This document shows, piece after piece, positions 40,314-54,689 of a stretch of 64,000 bases of DNA. The notes beneath the pieces were generated by a model. That model worked only from the letters and a program-made list of their open reading frames with translations, did not search any database and was not told the origin of the DNA. Every line of letters starts with the position of its first letter. The first letter of the stretch is position 1. Source of the DNA: Octopus vulgaris. Lineage: Eukaryota. The position numbers and the translations under genes were made by a program. Location of the stretch: the NCBI GenBank assembly GCA_951406725.2, contig OX597828.1:65410001-65474000 (forward strand), read 5' to 3'.

Positions 40314-40753
40314 TTTCTTTATTAGCCACACAGGGCTGCACACAGATATTCGCTAGACAAAACTTGCCTCTCTACTCTCACTTTCCTTTTCAAGTGGTTC
40401 TTGAAGAAGTTGATGAGAGATTGACCAGAGAGGAAAGTGTTTGTCTCCAATCCTTTCAGACGCGTCCACCAGATACATTCTTTCGCCATAGCCACAAGGA
40501 TGATGAAAATAGCTCTTCCTTCCCGTTTGAAGGAAGGAGGCGTGACAATATTGACGATAGACTCAGCTGATAAACCGACTCCGTCCCACACGTGACAGCA
40601 GCTGTTCGACATAAGCCCACAGGTCGGAAATTGTTGGACACTGAACGAGTGCGTGCAGAACGGTTTCGTCGCTCTGACCGCATCTCGGGCAGGTCGGCCC
40701 CGTGTTTCTCGAGCCGTGTCTGTAGAGAAACACGGGGCCGACCTGCCCGAGAT
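40314..40753 (-). mobile_element. Tx1/L1-like LINE ORF2 C-terminal fragment with CCHC zinc knuckle, within (GATA)n
   Basis: [18 protein letters not shown]...LW and [14 protein letters not shown]; frameshifted and internally deleted. Confidence 0.88.
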
Positions 40754-40762
40754 AGATAGATG

Positions 40763-40831
<69 letters not shown>

Positions 40832-40852
40832 ATAGATAGGTAGGTAAGTAGG

Positions 40853-41017
<165 letters not shown>

Positions 41018-43159
41018 GCACTATATTTCCGCTTTTAGGAAAACATTTTGTGTGAGATTGAGAGTATTGTCAAATTAGTATGGTCTATTAGTCAGATAAG
41101 TCATTTTTACCAAGAATTTCCAAAATCCTGCTGGTTCATAGAGTGCACCCATCAACCGTTTGGCTCTTTTAACTCGGAATGTTTTCAGCGAAATGATGAT
41201 GCTTTTAACTGTTTACATTGCAAAACTCATCTCAATCGTATTATATGGAATAATACGAATTTATTTGCAATTTTGTTCCTGCATAATTCCATTCAAATGT
41301 TCTATTTTAAACAGATACTAGAATCAGGTAAGCGACGGCCTATGATCTATTACAAGATAAATGAGACAAACATTTAAAAAGTGTATGAATGTTTTAATCG
41401 GTTTTTCTTTGTCTCCCTGGTTTGCCGTCCACAATATTTCATTATCTGATAATCTGAGCAAATACTGACTCATTTTAGGTCAGCATTTGATGTAATGCAA
41501 ACACTGGACACACAAACATCGATGTTTCTAACCTTTGTCTCCCGACAAAATACTTGATGTCGATTGGCTGAAATAACCAGACGTCAGTATGGGGATGTGT
41601 AGCTAAACTAATGTTAGTAGTGATTGGTTGACAGAATAACATTCGGCATGGCAACTGGTATGCAACAAAAAGATAACGTAATTAGTTTTTACATTCATAA
41701 AATATAATCGTTATTCTTCAATGTATAAACTGTAAATTTTTCCCGGTAGCAGAAGAGAAAGTAGAATACCTATGATTGATAGTAATTAATTTTACCAAAC
41801 AATTTACACTGCCCAGCCAAATGGTTGTTTGAGTAATAGAAAAAATCGGTGAGGGATTAGAGATAAAGCAAAACAAGTTCAGACATACCTCGTTGCACTC
41901 TGGAAATAAACTAGACGAGGACTCTATTGACATTTTATGGCTAAAAGGAAACTTGAACTGCGTTCCAATGGCTATATTTTTACACTTTCAATTATTCGCC
42001 TTCATACAGCGAACTTAAAGACAAACGGCTTGCGAGCTTGTTTTATGAATGGACATGATTTGAGCCTCAGACTGTAAAGCTACATCGCGCAGAAACTCGC
42101 AACCGATGTGAAGAATTTCGTACTGCGTAAGAGAAGAGGCTTTTTTTACACAGCACTATAAAGTGTACAGTATAATACAGGGAAAGACAACTTGTGAGCA
42201 GCGAAGTCATGAGAGTCGTACAGAAAAGTTGAAATACTTCGAACACATTTGCATTATTTGTGGAAACTTGAGAGTAGCGTGCATAGAGTCTGGGAAACAA
42301 AGCGGTTCCACTAAATATCTGGGTTTTTTTCTTTTATTCGTTTCTATTCAATGATGGAAAGTACAACATTATGAATAACCTCCCAGTAAAACCACAAGGC
42401 ATTTTGCTCCCAGCACTTCTAATCCAACTACGTCTGATAGGGCAATTTATAATCCACTTTAAATACGAGAAGTAATCATAAAGGTTTATTTTGTTAGTGG
42501 AAATGGTTTCTACATGTAGAACAGGTTGTGAGTGTTTTGTCGTCCATAATACTTAAACCAAAATAATAGAAGCATTAGTCGTTTCTTTGACTTAGTAGTC
42601 CACGTATGTATTCTGAACATTTCATTTCGTTTTAAAAGGAGACTCAATGCGAAGTACCATAGTTCAGAGGAATGACGAAAACGACCTGTTTAATTGGTAA
42701 GCAAATTGAATTCGTTTACATTCATTCGGGTAAGATTTAAGGGTTACCTACCAAGCGCCTAACTACTTCAGAGCCCTCTACTTAACGCGATCTTCATCCC
42801 TAGCTGAAAATAAATAAAAGCGACATAAAGCCTGAAGATAGATACGATTATAGTAATGAAAACCATTAAGCTCCTACCTCTTGCATGAAACTAATTGTAG
42901 CATATACATAGAGATTGAGTCATTTTCATGGTCGTTGATTTATGCAATACGAGCAAAAATATCTGCGCGTGAGTGCATGTTTATACTAAAATAGATTATA
43001 CGTGTTTGTTACGATCAAAGGGTAGAAGGGAGTGAAAGATTCATTCAGATTTTGAAGGTGCAGATTTTAAAACCAACCATCCATATGAACTTCTGGTTGC
43101 CCTCAAAATGCTGTAGACTGAGTTGGTGAGTTCTTTTCTTGGTTGTGAAATAAATATAA

Positions 43160-43384
43160 ATGCGCCCTTTTAAAGCCTAGCCAGGCTCATGGGCCCGGTT
43201 TCCCGGTTTCTATGGCGTATGTGTTCCCCATCTGGACGGGACGCCAGTCCATCGCAGCGTTACTCATTTTTGCCAGCTGAGTGGACTGGAGCAACATGAA
43301 ATGAAGTGTTTTGCTCAAGGTCCAGGAATCGAAACCACGATCTTACGATCATGATGCTGGCACCCTAACCACTAAGCCACTCAC
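43160..43384 (-). mobile_element. SINE with tRNA head, family-3-like middle and V-domain-like segment
   Basis: Minus strand GTGGCTTAGTGGTTAGGGTG, GGTTTCGATTCC, CCTTGAGCAAAACACTT, CTGCGATGGACTGGCGTCCCGTCCAG. Confidence 0.78.
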
Positions 43385-43621
43385 CTCCATCTTGGTTGTG
43401 AAGGGGACATTTAACTTGGCGAGCACGTTGTTTCGACGTTTCAGACGACGTTTCACTGTTTTTCAAAAAATGGACGGAGTGTCTTTCCGACGTCAGCCGT
43501 AGAACAAAGTCATCAGCAGCCGACAGAAAGGTAACAGTAACAACTACATATATAGAAACTATATGAAAACATTTCGTTGGAATTGTATTTATTAATAAGT
43601 TTACTAAGCTCCACATAATTT

Positions 43622-43662
43622 TAAAGTTTCGTAGGTGCATATGTCTCTACGTCCTCAGATAT
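43622..43662 (-). ncRNA. Hammerhead-like motif with decayed stems I and III
   Basis: ATAT CTGAGGA C GTAG-(12)-CTAC GAAA CTTTA. Confidence 0.45.
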
Positions 43663-43781
43663 ACGGATAGGCAAGCTGTAGATATGTGTGCGTGTTTATG
43701 TTTATACCTGTGTGCATAATTACATCTGTGTGATTGTGTGCATGTGTTTGTGTGTGTAAGCACGTAGATATATATATATAT

Positions 43782-43889
<108 letters not shown>

Positions 43890-44007
43890 CATATATATAG
43901 ATATAGACATATATATATATGTATATATAGATATAGATATATATATACATATATATATACATATATATATACATATATATATATACATAAATATATATAT
44001 ATAATAC

Positions 44008-44063
<56 letters not shown>

Positions 44064-44097
44064 TATACATATATATATATATATATATAGATATATA

Positions 44098-44131
<34 letters not shown>

Positions 44132-45355
44132 TATATATATATATACATGCTGCTATCATCTGTGTGTGTGCGTGTGTGCATGCGTGCGTGTATGTGTGTG
44201 TGTGTGCGTGTCTGTGTGTTCATGTAGCGGAATAGTTTCTGCGTGTAAATATAATAACATATTTGTTCCTTGTTCCGTAAATATTTAACGACGAGTCTTC
44301 GCAGGATGAAATTCTCTTCTCTACAACTGTTGCTACAGTTGTCGTTGTTGTTGTAGTTGTTGTTGTCGTCGTTGTCGTCGTCGCCTCTATACTTAATATT
44401 ATAACTGTCATGATGTTGCAGTTATGGTTTTTCTTTTACTATTATTGTTGCTGTTGTCGTTATTGTTGCTTCTAGTTTAAGAATATTTTCTTTCTTTTGT
44501 CAATACCGTCTTTGTCGTGATTATTCGAAATGCTTTAAAGAGATTTGTTCTAACAGGATCCCTAGTTTGAAAGAAAATTGGATACACAGCTATGCTTGTT
44601 TCGTTGAAAGAATACGTGATAGTGCTATGTTTTGCTAAAATTACGTTAAAGGGCCGGGTCTTAGTGACGTGTTTATTGATGTAATAACTATAGGAAATCT
44701 GTGTTGATAAATTCAAATATTGTTTGAGCAGAAGAAATATATAAAAGACAAAGCGAAAGAGAGAATAAGTGAGATAGAGACACAAAAGAGAGTGTTGGAG
44801 TGAGAGTCTCGGAGTGTGCACCTCCACTACTTTAACAAACTTACTATTATAGTAGATAAGGCGGCAGCTTTATGAGCAATACTATTGATGCGGTTATTGG
44901 TGGTGGTGGTACTGCTGATGGTAGTCAAATAATGATTGTAATAATGAAAAGATGGAGGCGGAGACGGACTAATATGACGTCCCCACAATAGATAAATAAA
45001 ATAAAAATCATTAAAACAATGGGACGAAAAAGCTGGATATGACAGCCAGCCATAGATTTAATGTTATTTAATCAAGCCTGTGTATATACGTACACATAGA
45101 TATATTTGTACATATATATATATATAGGTACACACGCATTTATGCATGCATTAGATATATAAATGTATCAGCGTATATCTAATAATTATATATAAATATA
45201 CATATGTATGTATATGCCCGTGTACACATAGATATAATTGTACATATATATAGGTACACATACATGTATTTATTAGGTATGTATATGTGTGTACGTATAT
45301 ACACACGTATATATTAGATTTACGCTGATACATATATATACATACGCACACATAC

Positions 45356-45436
<81 letters not shown>

Positions 45437-45657
45437 TGTGTGTGTGTGCGTATATATAAGTGGAAAGAAACTCAGAGGAGAAACCCTCTTTAGACAAGTG
45501 TTAACTCCTGACACTCTAGGAGTGTCGATCAACATCATTCGGATGTCCACCTGCTGTCCGTTTTAGATGGAATTGGTTTCTCTGGTTTCTAGCACCGCGG
45601 CCTTGAGTAGGTCTAAGTTGGGGCAAATTAATTCTTATGAAGCTGTTCCTCCTCGAA

Positions 45658-45711
<54 letters not shown>

Positions 45712-45724
45712 TTATTATTGTGTT

Positions 45725-45935
45725 CTTTTATTTGTTTCAGTCATTTGACTATGGCCATGCTGGAGCAACGCCTTAAGTCGAACAAATCGACACTAGAACT
45801 TATTCTTTGTAAGCCTAGTACTTATTCTATTGGGTTCTTTGCCGAACTGCTAAGTTACGGGTACGTAAACACACCAGTATCAGTAGTCAAGCGATTGTGG
45901 GGGACAAACACAGACGCACAAACATACACACACAC
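45725..45935 (-). mobile_element. SINE family 2, 3' half
   Basis: Matches 8105-8320. Confidence 0.87.
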
Positions 45936-45938
45936 ACT

Positions 45939-45975
<37 letters not shown>

Positions 45976-46181
45976 CTGCCGTAAGGGGACATAAATATGC
46001 CACACACGCCAGCTTAATTTAATTCGTCCTTGCCCCCATACGTACATACACCAGATCAGATACACCGACACAGAAAGACTAAAACAGGGTCTCTGTCTCT
46101 CACAATTTCTCTCTCACACAATCTCTCTCTCTTTCCCCTTTCTCTCTCTCCACTTTATCTCTCTCTACTCTCTCTACACAC

Positions 46182-46246
<65 letters not shown>

Positions 46247-47006
46247 TAGCACAAACACACAAATTATATGTGATGCATAAAAATATACACCTAACGAGTG
46301 TTTTCTGCCCTACACTTTCGCTCACAGCCAACCCTTTCATGATTTAAGTTTGGTATTGCCCCATAATAAACTATGAAACGGAATGAGATTGCCTTAGGGC
46401 CTCTTGCTAATATGTGTGGGAGGTGTGCGCGTGTATGAAGGAGAGATAATCACAAGAAGTAAGAATTTTTAAAATTGATATGTCGTTAACCAAAATTCTG
46501 ATTGTCCGGAGACAAGAGGGTTGCTGTAAAAGCATATTTCTGCCTCAATAGATGTCGTCAGCATAACTGTTGCCCTATCTTGTCTCTAGGAGAATGTAAT
46601 ATTTAGGTATATACTTTGACATATACTTAGGCACATACATATTTTACCTCCCCTCCTCATTTGGAGTTAGTCCCAATTGCCACAATTCCTGTACGATATT
46701 TTGTACTGAGTATTCACAGAAGAAAGTAATTATTCAAAGAATTGTATGCGCAGCAGAGTAAGCTGTACCAATAAAGCGAGGTGACTCCGCAGCACGATTC
46801 TAGTTCGTAACTGGAGCTATTTTACTTCACTAACGTAGCTTAATACCATTGAGGAATATACAACTGTTACATAGCCTTGTTCTGCGTTCTATAGAAGCAT
46901 AAATATTTTCAATAAATCAAGTATTTGTCATATATAATATCTAATACATTTTTATACGTCTTTGTTGTTCAAGCATGTGCCATCGACCATTGAGAGTTAG
47001 GTATCT

Positions 47007-47237
47007 GTTTCTTTATTACCCACAAGGAGCTAAACATAGAGGAGACAAACAAGGACAGACAAACGCATTAAGCCGATTACATCGACCCCAGTGCGTAACT
47101 GGTACTTAATTTATCGACCCCCGAAAGGATGAAAGGCAAAGTCGACCTCGGCGGAATTTGAACTCAGAACGTAACGGCAGACGAAAAACGGCTACGCATT
47201 TCGCCCGGCGTGCAAACGGTTCTGCCAGCTCGCCGCC
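47007..47237 (-). mobile_element. SINE family 1, full length
   Basis: Reverse complement of family 1. Confidence 0.92.
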
Positions 47238-47775
47238 TTAATTAAGAGTTATGTATCTCAGCTCATTTTCCTTTCATTTCATTTATTTAAATTACATGGG
47301 CCATGGCCATGAATGTGTTACACTCATTTTTGTATATATCAGTAGTGTATTTCAAAGAAAAGTACCAAGAGAACAATAGAACAATAGAACACTGTCTCTT
47401 CTTCACGCCGTGATAAACTAAGACATAGCAAATTTGGTTATGTAGTATCAGTATAATCCGAGTTTGATAGGTGTCGTTGTAATTAGAACTAGCTTTGACA
47501 CAATACAGGTACTTTTCTACCTGCGGTGTTATATCAAATGGAAAGAAAGAAATTGTCATTGTATTTGGTTTCTTAATAATTAGAGTGAATGTGTCTTGTC
47601 ATACACATTTATGTATGTCACATATAGTTTTCTCAACAGAATATAAAACCTTGGTGTTGTTGTGTCCTGATGTAAGTTACAAAGTAGATCGAGATTATTA
47701 GATTGTTGAAAGCCAGTTGCAGGAAACATAATTCAGCCGCAATGTGCTGAATTATTATCTTATTAAATCAGTTAT

Positions 47776-47809
<34 letters not shown>

Positions 47810-47826
47810 TATATATATATATACAA

Positions 47827-47940
<114 letters not shown>

Positions 47941-47985
47941 AAATCATTTATTATACATATATATATAATAACTGATTTATATATT

Positions 47986-48030
<45 letters not shown>

Positions 48031-49865
48031 GGAGATGTATGTATATATATACCACGACATCTATCAAACTCGGATTACACTGATACTACACAACCATATA
48101 TTTGTACATATATTTGTGTATGTGTTTGTTTGTGTGTACATGTATGTATATGTATAATACCAAAAGAGTTCCACTTTCCAGTTTTTTTATACAATAACCC
48201 TGCAAATATTCTCATAATTCCCAATGCTAATATGTATGTTCACTAACATACATCAGTAACTGTGGCCCCATATTGGATTGTAATAATGGAATAAGGTCCA
48301 CCCTGACTATCTATAATGGCGAGAATCATGACACCCCTTCTGAGAATGGACTAGCCGAACTTGTATAAGTAGCAGCATGTTTGACTGAGAGCAGTGAAAT
48401 TTTTATTGAGCATCCACAGTAGAAAGTATTAATTGAAAGAATGGTATGTGCTGTAGAGTAAGAAGTACCATTTCGCGAATTGATTCCGTGATACGATTCC
48501 AATTCGTAACAGGGGTTCTTTCATTTTATTAACGTAACTAATAACATCGAGAAAGCTATGATTGTTTCTCTCTTCTTTGATCTCTTTATCGACTACAAAT
48601 GTTATTTCTTGATGTATACTTTGTGCACTGGAAATGAGTCTTCAGTTCACTGAGAATGTTCAAGCTAAAAGGAAATAGTAACATCAGATTGGATGCGAAC
48701 CACCAATCATGGTTTGTGGATCTTGAGTAAAAGTTGAACGACGATAAAATAGCATTGAATATTTCGATTAACGTGAGAGCCAATGAAAAGTTTGACGCAT
48801 GAGAAATTATTGAATAAAAGGATCTACTAAAGTTATAAATAGCACAACTTGGTTTTGCGGCAATGTACTTGGTGACTGGGGCTTAATACAGAGGAAATGT
48901 ATCTCCGAATGGAATCATTAAGATAACCTTACTACGTGCTAAGCAAGTAATGACATGCTGCTGTATATCGCATACAACATTTAGAGCCAGGGCTATAGCA
49001 AACTTGTCAGATGTATATAAAGAAGAAAAAATATAAGAGTGACGTGCTCCGAGGCTATAAGAGGAGTGCATGATGAAAAGATAAAGGGCCAATGGCGCTT
49101 CACTTGTATCAATGGATATGTCATGCACTGAGAATAAAGGAGTGAATTCACGTATTAGAGAGAAGTAATTGAATGGGGAAAGATATTGGATTTTTAAGAA
49201 ATACATTGGATAGTTTAGTGAATTTAATTACCTAGAATTAAGAAGCATAAAGGATGACATTTTCTAATTTGAAAGAGATTATCAATTGGAGCTGCTGTTT
49301 TTACGTTTCACAAAAGTTCTGTAGTAGAAATAAAATACAAATTCTTCAAAATAAACGGAACATTTAACTGCGATTAAATTCGAACTCCCAATCATATGGC
49401 ACCAAAACATTATAACACATAAAATAGTTACAGTTAATGTAGCTTTCATTTTCTTCATCACCCGTTGATTATATATTTTTTTACTACCCACAAGGGGCTA
49501 AACACAGAGGGGACAAACAAGGATAGACAAAGGGACTAAGTCGATTACATCGACCCAATGCGAAATTGGTACTTAATTTTTCTCTCCAGCCCTATTTTCC
49601 TTTTCAGGTGGAAGATGAAGTAATTCATCAATCCTTCGTGAACTTAATGAGCAAGTGACCGAGCTCTCCACAGACATGCGCACTCTTAATGTAGTTTTCA
49701 GGGAGATTCAACGTGACACAGAATGCGACATGGTTGACCCATTAAATTACAGGTACAACATATTATTGTCAGCTGAGTAGTAGTACTAAGTAAGAAAATA
49801 ATTTATTTCGGTCTGATGAAAGGGGTTTTTTTTTTTCAAAGACAGAGGGTAAGTCTAAACCTGTT

Positions 49866-50081
49866 AGTACGCTTTAGTGGACATGATCTCTTTGACTATA
49901 GCCCGAGAAGACGGGAAAATGGGCAGCCATACTGTTTTACACTTACGGCTGAAAACCATGTTGTTACCGATTAGCGAGCTGAAAACACCAAAGAATACGA
50001 CCGCCCGTTTCTGCGTTTTTCAGGGATATAGTCAAACGAATTCCTGCTCGCTAAAGTGTACTCGCCGATTCAAAGGGTTAA
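49866..50081. mobile_element. MITE with ~45-bp imperfect inverted repeats, possibly piggyBac-derived
   Basis: GTACGCTTTAG..TTTGACTATAGCCC versus GGGATATAGTCAAA..CTAAAGTGTAC; right end GGG-TTAA. Confidence 0.6.
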
Positions 50082-50134
50082 CATACACTTGAAGGCACTA
50101 AATTAATGTTTATAGGGTAAATGTTAGGTAATAC

Positions 50135-50525
50135 TGGTTTCAAATCTTGGCACAAGGCCAGCAAGTTGGGGGAAGGAGATAAGTCGATTACGTCGACCCC
50201 AGTGTTCAACTGGTACTTATTTTTATCGACCCTGAAAGGCGAAGTCAACATCAACGGAATTTGAACTCAGAACGTAAAGACAGACGAAATACTTATTTCT
50301 TTATTACACATAAGGGGCTAAACATAGAAGGGACAAACAAGGACAGACAAAGGGATTAAGTCAATTACATTGACCCCAGTGCGTAACTGGTACTTAATTT
50401 ATCGACCCCGAAAGGATGAAAGGCAAAGTCGACCTCGGCGGAATTTGAATTCAGACCGTAGCGGCAGACGAAATACTGCTAAACATTTCTCCCGGCGTGC
50501 TAACGTTTCTGCCAGCTTGCCGCCT
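50135..50525 (-). mobile_element. Two abutting SINE family 1 copies (short-tail, 5'-truncated, 50135-50292; long-tail, full, 50294-50525)
   Basis: Two consecutive family 1 bodies with different tails. Confidence 0.9.
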
Positions 50526-50740
50526 TCATGTGTAGTAATCTTACGATGCTTATTTAGTTGTTTATATAATGAAATGTAAAGCAAAATATAAACAAATTTA
50601 TAAAAAACAGTTGTTTTTAATTATTGTTTCTATAACTTAGTTATCTAGGTTTAAATACTAACAACTTTCTTGTGAAGAATTTTACAACAATGTGGTCCCT
50701 TATCCCTTATCATACATGCATACATACATACATACATACA

Positions 50741-50844
<104 letters not shown>

Positions 50845-50944
50845 CCGAACCATTAATCTGTTTATATTTATCTATCTTTCTATCTATTTGTCTGTCTGTC
50901 TGTCTGTATGTATGTTTATTTGATACGTTTGACAGAGCTCCATA

Positions 50945-51900
50945 TGACTTAAAGATTCCCATGCGCACAAGATGTATCCCTTTCATTAGTCGATAGGAGA
51001 AAAGCAAGGGAGTTGAGATAAATTCAGGATGGCTTCTAGATGCTGGTCAGTACAGGTCACGTACTTTATTTTTAGGCCAACGTGCCCCAACAGGATGTCG
51101 GCATGATACCGGCACCATTTTGTTTTCAGTGCCACATCTTTCGATCTTCTGTAAGGAATAGGGCACTGATCATGCTAGGTAACTAAAACTGGCGACTTCC
51201 ATAGGGACTTGCATATAATTCTTTGACAATTGCCCCAGAAATCAAGTCTTGATGTTTATCTTTCTCCAGTTGGCAAGAATGTCAAGCCTGTCTTCCTTGG
51301 ACGCTGTGAATTCGGGTACCTTGATGGTTGCAGCGATGATGTTGTCACAGAAATTTAAATATTTTCTTCAAGCCCACTGGCATTTTCTACACAATGAGTT
51401 GATGCAATATAGAAATGGATCCCTACTGTTGCCCCTGCCTTAGGAGCAGTATCATCTTTCCTTAAGAATTTAAATACTTTGGTTGGTGAACCCTGTTGCT
51501 TATTGACCTTAACTCTCCATCTGTAATTTGTGCAAGGACCTTGTCGTGTCTCGACTTGTCTTGTCCTTCTCCCATTGCCCTAAGACAACAAGTCAAATTG
51601 TGACTGAAAATGCATGAAGTTGCTCAATACTGTTTGCAAGATTGTTTCTCCTCTTTGCCCCAGACTTCAATGAGGTCATCTACAACAGGAAGGACAACTT
51701 TCCCAGGTCAGTACTGCAGAGTTATCTCCAGTACAGAGGCCGATCAGGTGCCTGGACTCGTAGAGGTTTCTTCACCTGGACAGTGAATACAGATTCACTG
51801 TTCAGGTCAAGAAATCTCAACGACTTTTACGCTATCATCTTCTGTTGCCTTTCGGACACTTGTACTCTAAGTTCATCAACGAACTCCAGCCTTTTACTGC
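50945..51900 (-). mobile_element. Heavily decayed non-LTR retrotransposon fragment (possibly R2/Hero N-terminal region)
   Basis: GC-richer block with broken frames; KGIHLVRMG resembles the end of a C2H2 finger; weak. Confidence 0.3.
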
Positions 51901-52155
51901 TGACATGTCTTCTCTTTCTAGTATTTTAACCGCTACTACAAAAACTTTTGCATCGTGGAATTGATTGATCTCATGCAACTATTACCCAGGTATTCCTGAC
52001 ATATTAGTTCTTTTTGCTCTCGGGAATCGTATAGAATTCACTCAATAAGTTCCACACTAGCAGTCCACCTAATTCTTTCTCTCTCAGACGTTGGCCGTCT
52101 GCAAATTTCTACAAGTAAATGCTTTATTTACATTATTTACAACTTGCTTGTTGTT

Positions 52156-52201
52156 AACACAACGTTTCGGCTGATATACCCTCCAGCCTTCATCAGGTGT
52201 C
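52156..52201 (-). ncRNA. Minimal type I hammerhead ribozyme, intact core
   Basis: GACAC CTGATGA A GGCTG gagggtatat CAGCC GAAA CG TT GTGTT. Confidence 0.88.
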
Positions 52202-52301
52202 TTGGGGAAATTTCGAACGTAGGTTCTCGTTCCTAAGATATTTTTCGATGTTATCCTCCTCCTCCTCCTCCTCATCATCATCATCATCATCATCATCATC
52301 G

Positions 52302-52338
<37 letters not shown>

Positions 52339-52411
52339 TATTATTATTCAGGTCACTGCCTGAAATCAAACTCGAGTTCGATTCCAGGCAGTGACCTGAA
52401 TAATAATGATG

Positions 52412-52508
<97 letters not shown>

Positions 52509-52563
52509 CAACAACATCGGAAAATACGTTAGGAATGAGAACCCAGGTTCGAAATTTCTCCAA

Positions 52564-52609
52564 GACACCTGATGAACCCTGGAGGGTATATCAGCCGAAG
52601 CGTTGTGTT
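52564..52609 (+). ncRNA. Mutated mirror copy of the 52156 hammerhead
   Basis: GGCTG changed to CCCTG and GAAA to GAAG; probably inactive. Confidence 0.75.
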
Positions 52610-53430
52610 AACAACAACCAAGATGAGGGAAAATATCCGTCAAATGTAAATAATGTAAATAATGTACATAATTCCTCATCTCTTAAATATAGAACTGTAT
52701 TAAGTAAATGCTTTTCCCTGTAGCTGTCGGTTTGGCAGCGTTGAGAACAACATTAATCTCTCCAAAGACCTGTGTAGTCCATAGATACTGCGACTTCTCC
52801 AAGAATAAACCAATGAAAAAATACATATATCTGAGCTGTGATTCAGCTCAGATTATTTTAACCAAGAAAAGAAGTTGTAGATGGAGAGAGATCAGTGACA
52901 CTCATAGGATACAATCTCACGGCTGTTTATTGAAGAGGCCAATACATTATTTGTTCAACCATTACGATACGTCACCCCATCACTCTTGATCTGTGACATT
53001 ATTTATTATTCTCTGTGTGAATTTAATGAAATCAGATGGGAGGAAAGCAAGATAATGATATAATAGATATATTTTTTAGCGTCCATATAAATGTGAAATA
53101 TCGTGGCATTTGCAGACCGATCACAGACACATATGGTCGCGAAAATGTCAACATCATCTTTGGCGCACAAAACACCATCAGCACCATTGTCATCATAGTC
53201 ATCATTATTACCACCACCACCACCACTACCAATCACCATCACCACCACCAATCACCACCAGTCACCACCACCATCACCAATCACCAATCACAAATCACCA
53301 CTTACCACTACCACCACCACCGCCGCCACCACCTTCTCCCCCTCCTCCACTTCCTCCTCCGCCTTCGCTTCATTTTTTCTTTTTATCCTTGTTCTTGTTC
53401 TTGTTACTGTTGCTGTTATTATTATTATTA

Positions 53431-53482
<52 letters not shown>

Positions 53483-53869
53483 CATTGAAGGCAGTGGACT
53501 GACAGAATCGTGTGCACGTCGGACATAATGCCCGGCAGTATTACTTTCGGTTTTATATTCTGAGTTCAAATTTCATGGAAGCCTTTCCGCCTTTCAGTTT
53601 CGAAAACTAAAAGTACCTCTCAAATACAAGGGTCAACGGTATCGACTCAACGCCCTCCTTAATATTCTACTAAATATTAAAGAAAATTCTTATTATTGTC
53701 CTTGTACCAGTAATACAGACTCGAGGGCTTTTTTGTAAGTTTGCTGTTTGTTTTTCTATTTCAGATCATTCTCTTTATACATTTTATATTCAAGGTAACA
53801 GCGACAATAGTAGATTCGTTGTTACCTTTGTTTCTCGCCTCTTTAGGCTTTAAATAATTTTGCGAAATT

Positions 53870-54212
53870 ACTTCCCAACCACAGGTTCAGTCCCACTGCG
53901 TGGCACCTTGGTTGGGTGTTTTCTACTATAGCCGACCAAATCCTTGTGGGTGGATATAGTAGATGGAAACTAAAAGAAGCCCACCTATGTGTATGTATGT
54001 GTGTGTGTTTCTGTTTTTGTCCCCCATCACCGCATGACAACCGGTATTGGTGTGTTTATGTCCCTGTAATTTAGCAGTTCGGCAAAAGAGATCGATAGAA
54101 TAAATAACAGGCTTTAAAAAAATAAGTCCTGGAGTAGATTCATTCGACTAAAATTCTTCAAGGTGGTGCCCCAGCATGGCCGCAGACTAATGACTAAAAC
54201 TAGTTAAAGATA
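53870..54212 (+). mobile_element. SINE family 2, head-truncated
   Basis: Homology to family 2. Confidence 0.87.
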
Positions 54213-54689
54213 AACATGAAACACAGTAAGCCATGTAGTATAAACACAGACAGGCATGTATATAAATTGCAGAGTGGTAATTCATGTTGAGTTTCGTTTT
54301 GTGCTTGTTGGTGATAGCAAAAATATTAGATTGAAATGGGATGTGATTTCGCTAAAAACAATATCCCTCTTTAGTGGATATAGTAGAGTGGGTTTATTTT
54401 TTATATGAATTGTACTAGAGTAGTACATGACTCCATTGAAGGGTGCTATCAAGGTTTCCGTTTACGGAACGTACGCAGGTTTGTCGTCTGATGTTTAGGT
54501 TGCTCGAAGATGATGCATGATTGGACGAAGTGATAGAAGAAAGAAATGGTGTTTCATTTGTCTACAAGTGGGCAGTGGTCGATGTGGTGGTAATTAGATT
54601 CATTACGCTATAAAATGTAGAAAGTGTGGGAGAAAAAACAATCCCAAGGGCACGCTAGAATTTGTTGAGAGCCGAGTAGAAAGAGCTCC

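Larger units (their letters stand above)
52122..52700. mobile_element. Head-to-head inverted pair of an HHR-bearing PLE-type repeat
   Basis: 52141-52250 mirrors 52512-52620; spacer-less palindrome centred on CTCGAG (52371-52376). Confidence 0.9.

Noticed and set aside
41313-41335. AG-ATACTAGAATCAG-GTAAG micro-exon-like site
   Set aside because: Splice-like words alone are insufficient without transcript data.
48250-49250. Possible very old LINE remnant (similarly 25500-26550)
   Set aside because: No unambiguous motif recoverable by eye.
49813-49830. Isolated CTGATGA (also at 62569 and, on the minus strand, 11318 and 43510)
   Set aside because: No properly placed GAAA or stems.
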